64,000 nt of DNA from Caldisericia bacterium. Its GTDB lineage: Bacteria; Caldisericota; Caldisericia; JAAYUI01. The stretch's first letter is position 1. Every line of letters begins with the position of its first letter. Shown one piece after another: positions 1-10,468 of this stretch. The notes under the pieces were generated by a model that was given only the letters and a program-made list of their open reading frames with translations, was not told the DNA's origin and ran no database searches. The translations under genes were made by a program, and so were the position numbers. The stretch lies in the NCBI GenBank assembly GCA_963674785.1, contig OY771555.1, forward strand, positions 128,001 through 192,000, written 5' to 3'.

Positions 1-231
1 GATTAATAGTTTTCTCATCATGAAAAATACAATAGCATAAAAAAAATGTTTAATCAAATTTTTATGAAGGATTTCTCCCCATGAAACCAAAAACCAAATA
101 GGACTCATTAGCAAGAAGATTTCTTCAAATTCCAAAGCACACTCGCTGAATAATTATACATAATATTAAATATTAAACAAGTATCAATCTCTTTGTTGTT
201 TAAAAATGTCGAAAACATAATATTAGTTGCA

Positions 232-1416
232 ATGAAGAGGAGCTGTATCTTGATCGTTCTAGACGGATTGGGCATTGGCCCAATGTCAGATTCCTCGGAC
301 TATGGTGACGATGGCGCAAACACTCTCAAACATGCCACTGGTAATGGAAAACTTCCCTTGCCAAACCTGGAAAAATTTGGACTCTATAATTTTCTTGCTA
401 GAGACAAACAACCATCAAAAGCTAGTTGGTCTGAGATATGCCCGAGGTCTATCGGTAAGTCCTCTATAGAGGGACACTGGGAGATGATGGGTATCGTTAC
501 AAAAAAGAAGATGCCAACTTATCCTAACGGTTTCTCAGAAGACATTTTAAACGAGCTTTCTTCAAGAATTGGAAGAGATGTATTGTTCGGTGAACCTGCA
601 TCAGGGACTGAAATCATAAACAGATTAGGTGGACTTCACATGGAGACAGGTTCTCCAATCGTATATACATCTGCTGATTCAGTCCTTCAAATTGCAGCCC
701 ACGAAGACGTTATCCCCGTAAAAGAGCTTTATGAAATATGCTATGTTGCAAGGCATATGATGGTTGGAGAAAATGAAGTTGCCAGAATCATTGCAAGACC
801 TTTCGTTGGAACTCAGGAAAACTTTAAACGAACAAACAGGAGGAAAGATTTTCCCGTACAGATTCCAATACCGAACAATCTCTTCAAAATAAGAGAAGCA
901 AACATCCCAATATCATGCGTCGGAAGAACAACAGATTTTTTCGGTAACTATTGCACAAGGAGCGACAAACCTGTAAATATTGAGGAATCCCTTCAATCAA
1001 CAAGGATGTACAAGAAACTTCTTGGTGGATTCATCTTCCTTAACCTTGGAGATTTTGACAGCAAATATGGACATAGACGTGATGTTGATGGGTTTGCAAA
1101 TGAACTGAAAAAGCTTGATGAGCTTTGGGAATCTTTCCTTCAACCCCTCACATCAAATGATCTTTTGATCGTAACATCTGATCACGGCAATGACCCAACA
1201 AACACAACTCACACTGACCATACACGGGAAAAAACATTTGTTCTTGCACTTTTAAAAGGGTTTGAAGGACTGAAACTTGAAAACATCGAAATGGTCGATA
1301 TAAGCGCAACCATCTGTGATTTCTTTGGATTAACCCCTGAAAACGGCAAATCTTTTTTGAAGCAAGTCATGAAGAAGAAAAAAAGAAGGACTACTGGTTT
1401 CAACTCAGCTTCATAA
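232..1416 (+). CDS. deoB: Phosphopentomutase
   Basis: LIVLDGLGIG, GHWE, PIVYTSADSVLQIAAHE, RIIARPF, DSKYGHRRD, TSDHGNDP and DHTRE motifs. The in-frame ATG at 232 is a more likely start than TTG 193. Confidence 0.93.
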   Translation: MKRSCILIVLDGLGIGPMSDSSDYGDDGANTLKHATGNGKLPLPNLEKFGLYNFLARDKQPSKASWSEICPRSIGKSSIEGHWEMMGIVTKKKMPTYPNGFSEDILNELSSRIGRDVLFGEPASGTEIINRLGGLHMETGSPIVYTSADSVLQIAAHEDVIPVKELYEICYVARHMMVGENEVARIIARPFVGTQENFKRTNRRKDFPVQIPIPNNLFKIREANIPISCVGRTTDFFGNYCTRSDKPVNIEESLQSTRMYKKLLGGFIFLNLGDFDSKYGHRRDVDGFANELKKLDELWESFLQPLTSNDLLIVTSDHGNDPTNTTHTDHTREKTFVLALLKGFEGLKLENIEMVDISATICDFFGLTPENGKSFLKQVMKKKKRRTTGFNSAS

Positions 1417-1467
1417 GCATAAAAAAAGACCTTGCCTTATCCAAAATTATTTATAAAGTCATAAATA

Positions 1468-2235
1468 ATGAATGACGTTTCTGTTGCAAAAATCTGGAGG
1501 GAATTCACAAAGTCTGATTATCCCATAACAGACTCCAGTCAGATTAATCCACTAGCTTTTTCAATTTTGCTGGATGAAATCCATGATTCAGAATTTCGAA
1601 GAACTCCTGAATGGCATATTAATGAAGGAAGACTCTGTTTTATGCCTAGACTTCGAAACGAAAAACATCAAATCTGTATAAGATTCAAGAAAGACTCAGG
1701 TGGCAACTGGAAATTTCACTCAACACTACCAGTTAACACTAGGATAGATAAAATCGAATCCATTCCAACAAATTGTTTTCCTACATTACCCATACAGGAA
1801 CTTAGATGGAAAAGGGAAACCTTTGAAACTGAGATGAGGGTTGATCTTTTCAACACTCTGAAGGAACTTAAAGGCTCACAATTTGCAATTGAGTGGTTTG
1901 CAGACGGTGATGAGTTCAGAGAGCTAATAATCGAAATGCTCCCATTTTTGCCATGTCACAAAGCATTTATTTACTATAAGTGCTGGTTCCACTCTCAACT
2001 GCTTGGCGAGACTACAAATCTTTTAGTATTTGATGAAAACAAAGCTGAGATCGAACTTGAAAGATGCAAGCATCTTGCAATATATGAGCAAAACAGGAAG
2101 ATCAAAAAGCAAATCGACAAGAGAACCTATCTAGCTTTATATGAAACAACCTGGGATGATAGAGCAGGAAAATGTGGATGGAACGTAAAGATTTCATATT
2201 CTGATTTGTCTACTCACTTTCTTTTGACAAGATGA
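1468..2235 (+). CDS. Hypothetical protein
   Basis: 255-aa ORF with ATG start; its stop overlaps the next start (ATGA). No family recognised. Confidence 0.7.
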   Translation: MNDVSVAKIWREFTKSDYPITDSSQINPLAFSILLDEIHDSEFRRTPEWHINEGRLCFMPRLRNEKHQICIRFKKDSGGNWKFHSTLPVNTRIDKIESIPTNCFPTLPIQELRWKRETFETEMRVDLFNTLKELKGSQFAIEWFADGDEFRELIIEMLPFLPCHKAFIYYKCWFHSQLLGETTNLLVFDENKAEIELERCKHLAIYEQNRKIKKQIDKRTYLALYETTWDDRAGKCGWNVKISYSDLSTHFLLTR

Positions 2236-2615
2236 GGATCGCAATTCCATCTTTTCAAAACCATAAAAATTCTTTTCTCTCCAGTCATTTCGGTAAAGCA
2301 ACCTATATGGCAATAATAGATGTTGAAGGAAAAGATATTAAATTCGACTTCAAACCATTCCCCCACGAAACATGTGGCGAACTCGCCCTAAAATTGAAAA
2401 AAGAGGGCATTGAATTGATCCTTACAAACGCTTTGGCTGCAAGGATTTTGCAAGTATTTCAGAAGTTTGGAATCAAAGTCTATAGGAGTTTTGGCCTTAC
2501 AATTTCTGAAGCACTCTCAAGCTACCTATCTGGAAAAATCGAAGAATTACCTGCAAATGATATCCATCATCATCCACCAAACCCAGGCATAAAAGGTGGG
2601 ATTAAGAGCTCTTGA
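2232..2615 (+). CDS. NifB/NifX family (dinitrogenase FeMo-cofactor-binding-like) protein
   Basis: MRIAIP...SSHFGKA...GIKVY...TISEAL pattern. Confidence 0.85.
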   Translation: MRIAIPSFQNHKNSFLSSHFGKATYMAIIDVEGKDIKFDFKPFPHETCGELALKLKKEGIELILTNALAARILQVFQKFGIKVYRSFGLTISEALSSYLSGKIEELPANDIHHHPPNPGIKGGIKSS

Positions 2616-2655
2616 CAAGCATGCTATAAAATGTATTATGAACATATGCTCATAA
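2612..2655 (+). promoter_or_regulatory. Sigma70 promoter overlapped by a palindromic operator
   Basis: TTGACA (2612)-16 nt-TATTAT (2634). The palindrome TTATGA-A-CATATG-C-TCATAA (2636-2655) lies directly before the DUF134 HTH gene. Confidence 0.7.
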
Positions 2656-2667
2656 ATAAGGTAACGT

Positions 2668-3324
2668 ATGCCTAGACCAAAACATTGCAGATTTGTAAGC
2701 AAACATCGAGATGAATATGCTGAAACATGCACAAAAAAGATAGTTATTCATTCTGATGAACTTGAGGCGTTAAGGCTTAATGCAATCGAGTCGCTACATC
2801 AAGAAAAAGCTGCAAAAATGATGGGAGTTTCCAGGGCTACTTATGGTAGAATTTTGAAATCCTGTCTTAAAAAGGTTGCGTTGGCATTGGTTTCTGGACA
2901 TGAGATAATCGTTTCAGATGTTCCTTGGGTTGTGAGTGAAAAAGTTTCGAAGGAGAAAAAAATGAACAAAATTATTGCACTTCCAGTTATGAATAATGAT
3001 GAAAACACAGAGGTTTCTGCCCACTTCGGACATGCCCCATTCTTTGCAATTGTCTCTGATAAAGACATCAGCTTCATTGAAAACCATCATGGTGGTGGAT
3101 GCGGGGATGTTGTGCAGGTTCTTAAGAACAAAGATGTGGATGTCCTACTTGTAAAGGGTATTGGTGGAAGACCAAAAATTATCTGCGACCAGTTGGGAAT
3201 CGAAGTATACAGAGCATACGGAAATACAATTTCAGAATGCGTTAAGGCATGGGGAGAAGGATCAAACGAGACAGACGTTTCCTGTAACCATAAATCCGAA
3301 GACCACAAAAACTGCAACCACTAA
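2668..3324 (+). CDS. DUF134 HTH domain fused to a NifB/NifX domain
   Basis: N-terminal MPRPKHCR...ELEALRL...QEKAAKMMGVSRATYGRIL; C-terminal SAHFGHAPFF...GIG...GIEVY. Confidence 0.88.
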   Translation: MPRPKHCRFVSKHRDEYAETCTKKIVIHSDELEALRLNAIESLHQEKAAKMMGVSRATYGRILKSCLKKVALALVSGHEIIVSDVPWVVSEKVSKEKKMNKIIALPVMNNDENTEVSAHFGHAPFFAIVSDKDISFIENHHGGGCGDVVQVLKNKDVDVLLVKGIGGRPKIICDQLGIEVYRAYGNTISECVKAWGEGSNETDVSCNHKSEDHKNCNH

Positions 3325-3379
3325 CAGTCTTTAGATCACGAAAACAATCAGGTAGTCTGTAAAGCCAGCTTGGCGTGAA

Positions 3380-3826
3380 TCAGGCTATCTGATTTGTTCC
3401 CACTTCATCACCCAGATCATCATCTTCAACGTCGAAATCATCTTCGATTGACCAATCTTCTTTTTCCTCTTCCTCGTCGGTCTCATCCGATACATAGGCA
3501 AGAAAATCATCAACCAATTCCTCCGCTTTTGAGGCGTTCTGAGCAAGCGTTACAACCAAAACACTGTCGCTGGAAGTGTCTTTTAAAAGCTCTCTTGCAG
3601 GCGAATCAAAATCAACATACGCTGCAGAAATATCGTTGTTTCTTAAAAACTCAACAAGAGCTTGAGCCTCTGATAAAGACTCTGCGGTGTACACAACCAC
3701 CGGAACAATGTCTGATTCTAATTCAGATTCATCATAGAGAGTGATATCCTCATCGCACTCTTGACATATCTCGTCTTCAAGATTGATAAAAGACCCACAA
3801 CTCGGACACACATATATCCCTTTCAT
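3380..3826 (-). CDS. Zinc-ribbon / DUF2007-like acidic protein
   Basis: CPSCG...CQEC, then VVYTAESLSEAQALVEFLRNNDI and an acidic tail. Confidence 0.65.
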   Translation of the reverse strand: MKGIYVCPSCGSFINLEDEICQECDEDITLYDESELESDIVPVVVYTAESLSEAQALVEFLRNNDISAAYVDFDSPARELLKDTSSDSVLVVTLAQNASKAEELVDDFLAYVSDETDEEEEKEDWSIEDDFDVEDDDLGDEVGTNQIA

Positions 3827-3925
3827 TAGATTTCAATTCTATTAATTCCATTTCTATCTGTCAAATACAAATGGTTTAATTTTTTCTTGATATTTTCTGC
3901 TAGTATTATTGAATCGAGGTGTGGA

Positions 3926-5443
3926 ATGAAGACAGTTTTTTCAATAGTTTGCTCAACAATTCTTTTACTTACTCCAATATTGGATTTTGACGTTATACCA
4001 AAAAGCATTCAGTTTGAGGTTAAAAATGGGAGGGTATCTCCAAAAAGTGCATTGGTAATAATCCAATGTCCAGATGATACACCATGGAAAGCTGAATATC
4101 CGGAAGGATTCGGGGGAGAAAAAGAAGGAATTGGTGCGAAAAATCTAATCATTCATCCCCTCGGTGACCTAAGTACCGCATCTGAAGAATCGGCTCTGAA
4201 AATAACCTCTGGAAATGTAACAAAAAGTATAGAAATAATGGTAAATCGGGAGAAGATAATAAACTTTGACCTGCGAATCTTTCCTGAAAGAAGAGTTTTT
4301 CATCCAGGGGGCTCCGGTGAATTTGTATTCCTCATCACATGTCCTGATGAAACTGCATGTGGACAGATAAAATTCACTGAACCAGCAGAAAAACCGAGCG
4401 GCAGGGTCGCTGTAATGCCCAACTACCTCACACCTCCAGGAATTGCAAAAATTGCGATGAGTTCAAGCATTCACACAAAACCAAATTCCTTCAATCTTCC
4501 CGTTAAAGCAAATTCAAAAAACAGAAAATTCAGTGGGATAATAAAGTCGGAAGTCGTTGAACTTGGAGACCTACCCGAAAAACCAATTGCTGAGATCTCA
4601 ACAGATAATGTTTCATTTATTCCAGGAATTGATGAAGCTGGAAAAATCATCACAATCACACCTGATTCTGATACAAAAAACTTCCGTTGGGAGGCAGTAC
4701 CTGATAAACCCTGGATTGATTTTGAACCAAACCATGGATACGGAAACGCAAGAATTAAGGTCAATCTATACAAGGATGGACTAACCACTGATGTCGATTC
4801 AGGTAAAATAATCTTCACATTTCCAGGCATGGAAACCATCACAAGGGAAGTCGTGGTTGATCTTCTTCCAAACCCAACAGAAAACTTTTTCGTATCTCCC
4901 AAGACAGTTTTTCTAGGTCCGCTTGAAACTCTTTTTTCGAAACCACAAATAGAGATTGATGTTCTTACAGATACATCATGGGAGATAATTGAAAAACCAG
5001 AATGGTTGAATCTGTCACAAGAAAATGGGGTTGGAAAAACCATTATCGATTGTGACATCATTGAAGATTTTGAAAGCAACGAAAGGATGGTTGAATCAGA
5101 AGTAGTTATAAGGCTTTCAGACTATAAAGAATCCATTCTGTCGGTCAAAATCATGAACCTGACAACAAATAAATTCCTACCAGAAAAAGTGGACTGCAAA
5201 AAATCAGGAAACGTCTACAAGACAGATTTCTTCTGTGCAACATTCGATGGCAATGAAAACCTCTTTTTCATGCAACCAAACAACGGGTGGTTAGTTAGAC
5301 CAAACCTATCTGATTACCCAAAAATTGGACTTTCCATTTACAGACTTTGGGGGAACGATAACACTGAAACGCTGAAGGTTTTCAGGGTTATCCCAGGATT
5401 TAATCCAGAGCTTTATCTGTTGGATGTTTCTCTAATCGATTAG
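3926..5443 (+). CDS. Secreted protein with BACON/Ig-like repeats
   Basis: Signal peptide MKTVFSIV... after SD GAGGTG; repeated W-x5-PWI/WL-x-P-xG-xG motifs. Confidence 0.65.
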   Translation: MKTVFSIVCSTILLLTPILDFDVIPKSIQFEVKNGRVSPKSALVIIQCPDDTPWKAEYPEGFGGEKEGIGAKNLIIHPLGDLSTASEESALKITSGNVTKSIEIMVNREKIINFDLRIFPERRVFHPGGSGEFVFLITCPDETACGQIKFTEPAEKPSGRVAVMPNYLTPPGIAKIAMSSSIHTKPNSFNLPVKANSKNRKFSGIIKSEVVELGDLPEKPIAEISTDNVSFIPGIDEAGKIITITPDSDTKNFRWEAVPDKPWIDFEPNHGYGNARIKVNLYKDGLTTDVDSGKIIFTFPGMETITREVVVDLLPNPTENFFVSPKTVFLGPLETLFSKPQIEIDVLTDTSWEIIEKPEWLNLSQENGVGKTIIDCDIIEDFESNERMVESEVVIRLSDYKESILSVKIMNLTTNKFLPEKVDCKKSGNVYKTDFFCATFDGNENLFFMQPNNGWLVRPNLSDYPKIGLSIYRLWGNDNTETLKVFRVIPGFNPELYLLDVSLID

Positions 5444-6113
5444 CCCAGTATATCGTTGAAAGATACATTCCAAGTAGAATAAATCCCCCAACTTCTATAT
5501 ACATCGACAACCAGCTCAGATAAGTTGGCGCAAATTTCATTGGGAAAGCAAGTGCAATCATCATAACTGAAATTGCAAGCATTCCGCCTTTTTTCCTCAA
5601 TAATAGAATAGCAGTTGGAATAGTTATCAATCCAGGAATAAGGATTACAATCGCAAAATTTGAAACAGAGAAGATACTTGGGGCAATCAACGCCAACAAA
5701 ATGACAGGTAAAAACCCAAGATATAACCACAACCCATAATCAAATATTTTTATTCTCGCTGAAACATAAACAAGGAATCCACAACCGATTGTCAAAAGTG
5801 TTGGAAAACCGTACATCCCTGCCCAATTACCCGAAAGAACTCCAAGCTGGAAAATTGTCAAAAGACCATACGCAAGAAAAATAATTGTTGCACCGATTGC
5901 GACTTCAGTTTTCCCAAGCCACCAGGAAAGAATCATCACACCAGCTGGAACAATCAAACTAAAAATTATAAAAAACCAAGAGTTGGCTGTTGGCATCTGC
6001 AGATTTGGGATAATACCCAACTCCTGTAAACCTATGACCGCCACAAAAACTCCAACAAAAATCAAAATACCCGTATATTTACGTTTCATAAAATTAAAAA
6101 TACCATGTAGCAA
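5400..6113 (-). CDS. Multi-pass membrane protein
   Basis: About 7-8 hydrophobic segments. Confidence 0.7.
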   Translation of the reverse strand: MLHGIFNFMKRKYTGILIFVGVFVAVIGLQELGIIPNLQMPTANSWFFIIFSLIVPAGVMILSWWLGKTEVAIGATIIFLAYGLLTIFQLGVLSGNWAGMYGFPTLLTIGCGFLVYVSARIKIFDYGLWLYLGFLPVILLALIAPSIFSVSNFAIVILIPGLITIPTAILLLRKKGGMLAISVMMIALAFPMKFAPTYLSWLSMYIEVGGFILLGMYLSTIYWANRLEKHPTDKALD

Positions 6114-6183
6114 GTAAATTTCAATGTTGAATTAAAATTGACTACATTTAAAATGAACTCGAATACGCAAAAAGGGGTTCTTC

Positions 6184-7413
6184 ATGGAAAGCAGAATAAA
6201 AGATATTCGTCTCGCCCCAAAGGGACACCAAAAAATTGAATGGATCAAACCAAGAATGCCCGTTCTCACAGGGCTTGTAGATGAACTATCTGGGAAGTTT
6301 TCAGGAGTTTATATCTCGATGTCAATTCATCTTGAAGCAAAAACCGCATACATGGCACAAATCATGGCAAAATGTGGAGCAAAAGTTGCCATTTGTGGTT
6401 CAAACCCACTCTCAACCCAAGATGATGTTGTAGCGGCACTTGCTGAGTCGGGAGTTACTGTTTTTGCTCATCATGGTGAAACAGATGCAGACCATGCAAA
6501 AAACATAGAATCAACACTCTCAATTAACCCTGACCTTGTGCTTGATGATGGCGCAGACTTGATTGCAACAATCTCAGATACCAAGAGAGAACACAGAGTA
6601 CTTTGTGCAACCGAGGAGACAACATCAGGAATAACAAGGATGAAAGCGCTTGCAGCAGCAGGAAAACTTCCATGCCCAGTGATTGCTGTAAATGATGCCC
6701 AATCAAAATATCTCTTTGATAACAGGTATGGAACAGGTCAATCATCATGGGACGGAATAATGAGAACCACGAACCTCACGGTTTGTGGAAAAACCGTTGT
6801 TATTGGTGGATATGGTTGGGTTGGACGAGGTCTTGCAATGAGGGCATCTGGAATGGGTGCCAGAGTCATCGTCACAGAGGTTAATCCAATCCGTGCGATG
6901 GAAGCGCATTTTGATGGATTCAGAGTGATGCAGATGATTGAAGCCGCGCCACTTGGAGATATCTTCATCACCGCAACTGGGGACACAAACATCGTCGATA
7001 CAAGACATTTTGAGAGCATCAAAAATGGTGCAATTTTATCAAACGCCGGACACTTTGATGTTGAAGTCGAAATGAATGAACTGAATGCACTTGCAATCTC
7101 AAAAAGAATCGTCAGGGATAATATCACTGAGTACACTCTTCCGTCTGGTAAAGTGCTCAACGTGCTTGGTGAGGGAAGACTTGTAAATCTTGCCTGTGGT
7201 GATGGTCATCCAGCCGAGATAATGGATTTATCATTTGCTCTTCAAGCTCTCTCATTACTTCACGGGCTTGAAAACGGAAAAAACATGAGCAAAGATGTCC
7301 ACAAGGTTCCTGAGGCAACCGATGAAAGAGTCGCGAAACTAAAGCTTAAATCTCACGGAATCAATATTGATAAACTTACTGAAAAACAGAAGAAATACCT
7401 TGCCTCCTGGTAG
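6184..7413 (+). CDS. ahcY: Adenosylhomocysteinase
   Basis: SNPLSTQD, LDDGADL, EETTSG, KYLFDNRYGTGQS, GYGWVGRG, NAGHFD, EGRLVNL and GHP motifs. Confidence 0.97.
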   Translation: MESRIKDIRLAPKGHQKIEWIKPRMPVLTGLVDELSGKFSGVYISMSIHLEAKTAYMAQIMAKCGAKVAICGSNPLSTQDDVVAALAESGVTVFAHHGETDADHAKNIESTLSINPDLVLDDGADLIATISDTKREHRVLCATEETTSGITRMKALAAAGKLPCPVIAVNDAQSKYLFDNRYGTGQSSWDGIMRTTNLTVCGKTVVIGGYGWVGRGLAMRASGMGARVIVTEVNPIRAMEAHFDGFRVMQMIEAAPLGDIFITATGDTNIVDTRHFESIKNGAILSNAGHFDVEVEMNELNALAISKRIVRDNITEYTLPSGKVLNVLGEGRLVNLACGDGHPAEIMDLSFALQALSLLHGLENGKNMSKDVHKVPEATDERVAKLKLKSHGINIDKLTEKQKKYLASW

Positions 7414-7503
7414 GTTTACATAAAAAGTAATGTATGATACAATCGACATATAAAGGGATAGAAACCAATAGAAATCTAAACAGATGAAAGGGGTTCAATA
7501 AAA

Positions 7504-7908
7504 ATGGCAAAACTTGAATACGTTGAAGGAATCGGAGAAAAATACGCGGATAAGCTCAGGAAAGCTGGTGTTGCATCAACTGATGCGTTACTTGAGATGG
7601 GATCAACACCAAAGGGAAGAAAAGAAATCGCAGAAAAAGCAGACATCAGCGACAAACTGGTTTTAGAATGGGTCAACCACGTTGACCTCTTCAGAATTAA
7701 GGGTGTTGGTCAGGAATATGCAGACCTTCTTGAAGAAGCAGGTGTTGACACAGTTCCAGAGCTTGCTCAGAGAAACGCAGAAAACCTCACCAAAAAAATG
7801 GAAGAAGTAAACGAGCAGAAAAAACTTGTCAGAAAACTTCCAGAACTTAAAATCGTTGAAGACTGGATAGCACAAGCAAAAGAGCTTCCAAGAGTGATTA
7901 AGTACTAA
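7504..7908 (+). CDS. DUF4332 helix-hairpin-helix protein
   Basis: VEGIGEKYADKL...WVNHVDLFRIKGVGQEYADLLEEAGVDTVPELAQRN. Confidence 0.9.
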   Translation: MAKLEYVEGIGEKYADKLRKAGVASTDALLEMGSTPKGRKEIAEKADISDKLVLEWVNHVDLFRIKGVGQEYADLLEEAGVDTVPELAQRNAENLTKKMEEVNEQKKLVRKLPELKIVEDWIAQAKELPRVIKY

Positions 7909-7936
7909 GCACAACATCAAATAAATAAACTCAGAG

Positions 7937-7968
7937 CCCAGCTTGTTGCAAGCTGGGTGTTTTATTTT
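7937..7968 (+). terminator. Rho-independent terminator
   Basis: CCCAGCTTG-TTG-CAAGCTGGG followed by a T-rich tract. Confidence 0.8.
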
Positions 7969-7984
7969 AAGCTCTAGTACTAGA

Positions 7985-8488
7985 TTATAGCTCTTTATAA
8001 ATCTCCCATACTTTACCTTGTGATTCTCCGATAGTTCTCCTGATCCCCATATAAAACAGTGAGTTCATATGAGGTTCTATTTCTATATCTTGAGTGCTTC
8101 CCACAAACTCAATCGGATCAAAAAAAGAGATGCTATTGTGTCCATCTTCGAGTACTAGTTTGAAATAAGTATGGTGAGAAAATCTTGTTATTGGACATGT
8201 TTTTATTACTGCATCAAATTGTGGATTTCTAAAAACCCGCTTCGATAAAATCCCTTTTACAATAATTTGTGGCTCATTATCAACATATTCAAGTGTTATT
8301 TTCATCCTCATAAAAGCTCGTGACGCAGCATAGAAAAGAATCGCAACAATAAACACAGCAAAAATGGACATATGAAATCCATCGGTACCAAAAGTTATCA
8401 ACACAACAAACAAAATTAATAAGCCAAACACAAGCATCCATGCCTGTCTTGCAGGGTCATTTAAAACTGTACATTCAATTCTTTTCAT
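7985..8488 (-). CDS. Membrane protein, tandem paralog (last of array)
   Basis: Two N-terminal TM helices; YFKL...F and WEIYKEL motifs shared with upstream paralogs. Confidence 0.75.
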   Translation of the reverse strand: MKRIECTVLNDPARQAWMLVFGLLILFVVLITFGTDGFHMSIFAVFIVAILFYAASRAFMRMKITLEYVDNEPQIIVKGILSKRVFRNPQFDAVIKTCPITRFSHHTYFKLVLEDGHNSISFFDPIEFVGSTQDIEIEPHMNSLFYMGIRRTIGESQGKVWEIYKEL

Positions 8489-8492
8489 ATTT

Positions 8493-9134
8493 TCAGCCCT
8501 CTTTAAATGGATTGAATTCTTTTTCTTCTGTTTGCTTCAATCTTTCTATCAAATCATTGCTCGAATCAATTTTTCGTTTTGTTGTTTTTATTTCTGCATC
8601 AGGGTCTTTTTCGAAGCTTTCAAGAAGCCATAATGTTTCCCACATAAGATGTTTGCTTTCACCAATTGCAGTGTATGTATCTAAAAATGATGTTTTCTGC
8701 TCCAAATAATAAGTATCATCCTTATCAATATCAGTTGATTTAACAGACATAGTCAATGATCTGAATTCGGTATAAATCATAAGGTAATCATTTATTCTTG
8801 AGTACCGGTTGTTTATTCTTATTAATTGTTTGCCCATACAAAATTGAAATGGCCACACAATAACAGTTTTCGAGAGCAAGCCTTTTGCTGTTATTCTGGG
8901 TTTACCAAGTTCAAAATCGAGAATCACTCTTATCCTAAAGACAAACCAGGCTATGAGAAATGTGCACCCAAATATGCCAAATAGAAGGAGTACAATTGGG
9001 GTGTTGGAGTTAAAAATATTTGTTGTGACACCGAGATAAATAAATACAAAGAATTCAAAGAAAAGAAAAAAGATAATGGCAGGATTATTCAAAAACTGCA
9101 TTCTTATTTTGATATTTCGGCTTTCCTGATTCAT
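8493..9134 (-). CDS. Membrane protein, tandem paralog
   Basis: Two TM helices, VWPF motif, C-terminal NPFKEG. Confidence 0.75.
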   Translation of the reverse strand: MNQESRNIKIRMQFLNNPAIIFFLFFEFFVFIYLGVTTNIFNSNTPIVLLLFGIFGCTFLIAWFVFRIRVILDFELGKPRITAKGLLSKTVIVWPFQFCMGKQLIRINNRYSRINDYLMIYTEFRSLTMSVKSTDIDKDDTYYLEQKTSFLDTYTAIGESKHLMWETLWLLESFEKDPDAEIKTTKRKIDSSNDLIERLKQTEEKEFNPFKEG

Positions 9135-9229
9135 TTACTATTCTCACTTTGTTTCATCGAAAAAGACTCGATTATAAGCAACCAAAAGAAGGCAGGGTTA
9201 TTGTTCAGTCTGCATTTTATCGTTTCCAC
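9131..9229 (-). pseudogene. Internally deleted remnant of a further array paralog
   Basis: GTG-started 32-aa ORF METIKCRLNNNPAFFWLLIIESF... resembles the N-termini of its neighbours (FLNNPAIIFFLFFEFF; IECTVLNDPA). It has a G-rich SD and an ATGA overlap with the next gene. Confidence 0.6.
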
Positions 9230-9237
9230 TGTTCCCC

Positions 9238-9864
9238 CTATTCGTCCTCAACAAATGGTGACTCATAAAATTCTTCCTCAGCATTGTGCTCAATCTTTGA
9301 GGGTGTGATATTTGTCTTTTTGACATTGAGCTCATTTGTTTTCCAGTCTTCGATTTTTGAAAACAATTCATTCAATCGATATTCATTGTTTCCAACAACA
9401 TACAACGAATCTAAAATACTTGGATTTATCTTTTGCTGCAAATCTGAATCTAGTTCTTCAAGCAAAACCTTAGAAACAATTTTGAAAACGAATGAATTTC
9501 TAGAAAAAACAGCAAAATGCACATGAGATACTGCGCGTTTCATATATACTCTATTTTCTGATCCCCTTTTATACGAAAACGGCCAAACAAGAATGCTTTT
9601 TGAACTTTTTCCAGCAAAAGTCAAACGTGGTTTGGAAAGTGAAAAATCAAGCGTAAGTACAACTTTAAAGTTCAAATACCCAAGATAAAATACTGCAATA
9701 AACAAGGCAATAACAAAGACAGTCAAAACTGAAGGTTTATAAAATATGCTGAATTTTGTATAAACACCGAAAACAAAAAAGACGAAAATCTCAATCGCGA
9801 GAAATATCTTTAACGCGAAACCATTTCTGAGTTCCACTTCTATTCTATAATCTTTGTCGGTCAT
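9238..9864 (-). CDS. Membrane protein, tandem paralog
   Basis: Two TM helices, LDFSLSKPRLT/VWPF shared with 8493-9134, C-terminal SPFVEDE. Confidence 0.75.
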   Translation of the reverse strand: MTDKDYRIEVELRNGFALKIFLAIEIFVFFVFGVYTKFSIFYKPSVLTVFVIALFIAVFYLGYLNFKVVLTLDFSLSKPRLTFAGKSSKSILVWPFSYKRGSENRVYMKRAVSHVHFAVFSRNSFVFKIVSKVLLEELDSDLQQKINPSILDSLYVVGNNEYRLNELFSKIEDWKTNELNVKKTNITPSKIEHNAEEEFYESPFVEDE

Positions 9865-10460
9865 TATTCCTCACCCACAAACGGATTTTCAAAAACGAAA
9901 TCCTTTTCATCAACTTCTACATTATCTGATTCGGTTTTCGGCTGTTCCTTTGCCTTCAGTTTATCATAAAGGTTCCACACAAAATCTGGGTATGGCTTTA
10001 TGTTGATTATCATTTTGCTATCTTTCTGCCTTATCAGTGATTCTGTCTGAACTCCTTCAATTATTTGATTTGGAGGAAGCCTTTCGAAAAAACAAAATCG
10101 TCGATTTTCTGAATCAGTGATTGCAAGCCTGAAATATACTCCCTCATCTCTTCTTGCAACAATTATCATTTTCCCTTCAAAACGATACGGATAATCTATC
10201 TTTGCTTTAAGAAACCTTCCATTTATGGTGATGTTTAGATCTTTTGAAGTAACTTCCAATTTCACATTGATCAGTTGCAATACTGCATAAATCACATAAA
10301 TCAGCAGAACCGATAAAATCACAATTGCATATATCAATCCATCATCAACATTTGCAAAAATCATAATGATTATTGCTAGAATAAAAACTGCAAAAAACGA
10401 GCAACCAACAAATTTATTCGCTGCCAAAGAATAATTGAAATTACCAGTTTGTTCTTTCAT
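9864..10460 (-). CDS. Membrane protein, tandem paralog
   Basis: Two TM helices, YFRL...FFERL...IKPYP..VWNLY, C-terminal NPFVGEE. Confidence 0.75.
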   Translation of the reverse strand: MKEQTGNFNYSLAANKFVGCSFFAVFILAIIIMIFANVDDGLIYAIVILSVLLIYVIYAVLQLINVKLEVTSKDLNITINGRFLKAKIDYPYRFEGKMIIVARRDEGVYFRLAITDSENRRFCFFERLPPNQIIEGVQTESLIRQKDSKMIINIKPYPDFVWNLYDKLKAKEQPKTESDNVEVDEKDFVFENPFVGEE

Positions 10461-10468
10461 TTATCGGA

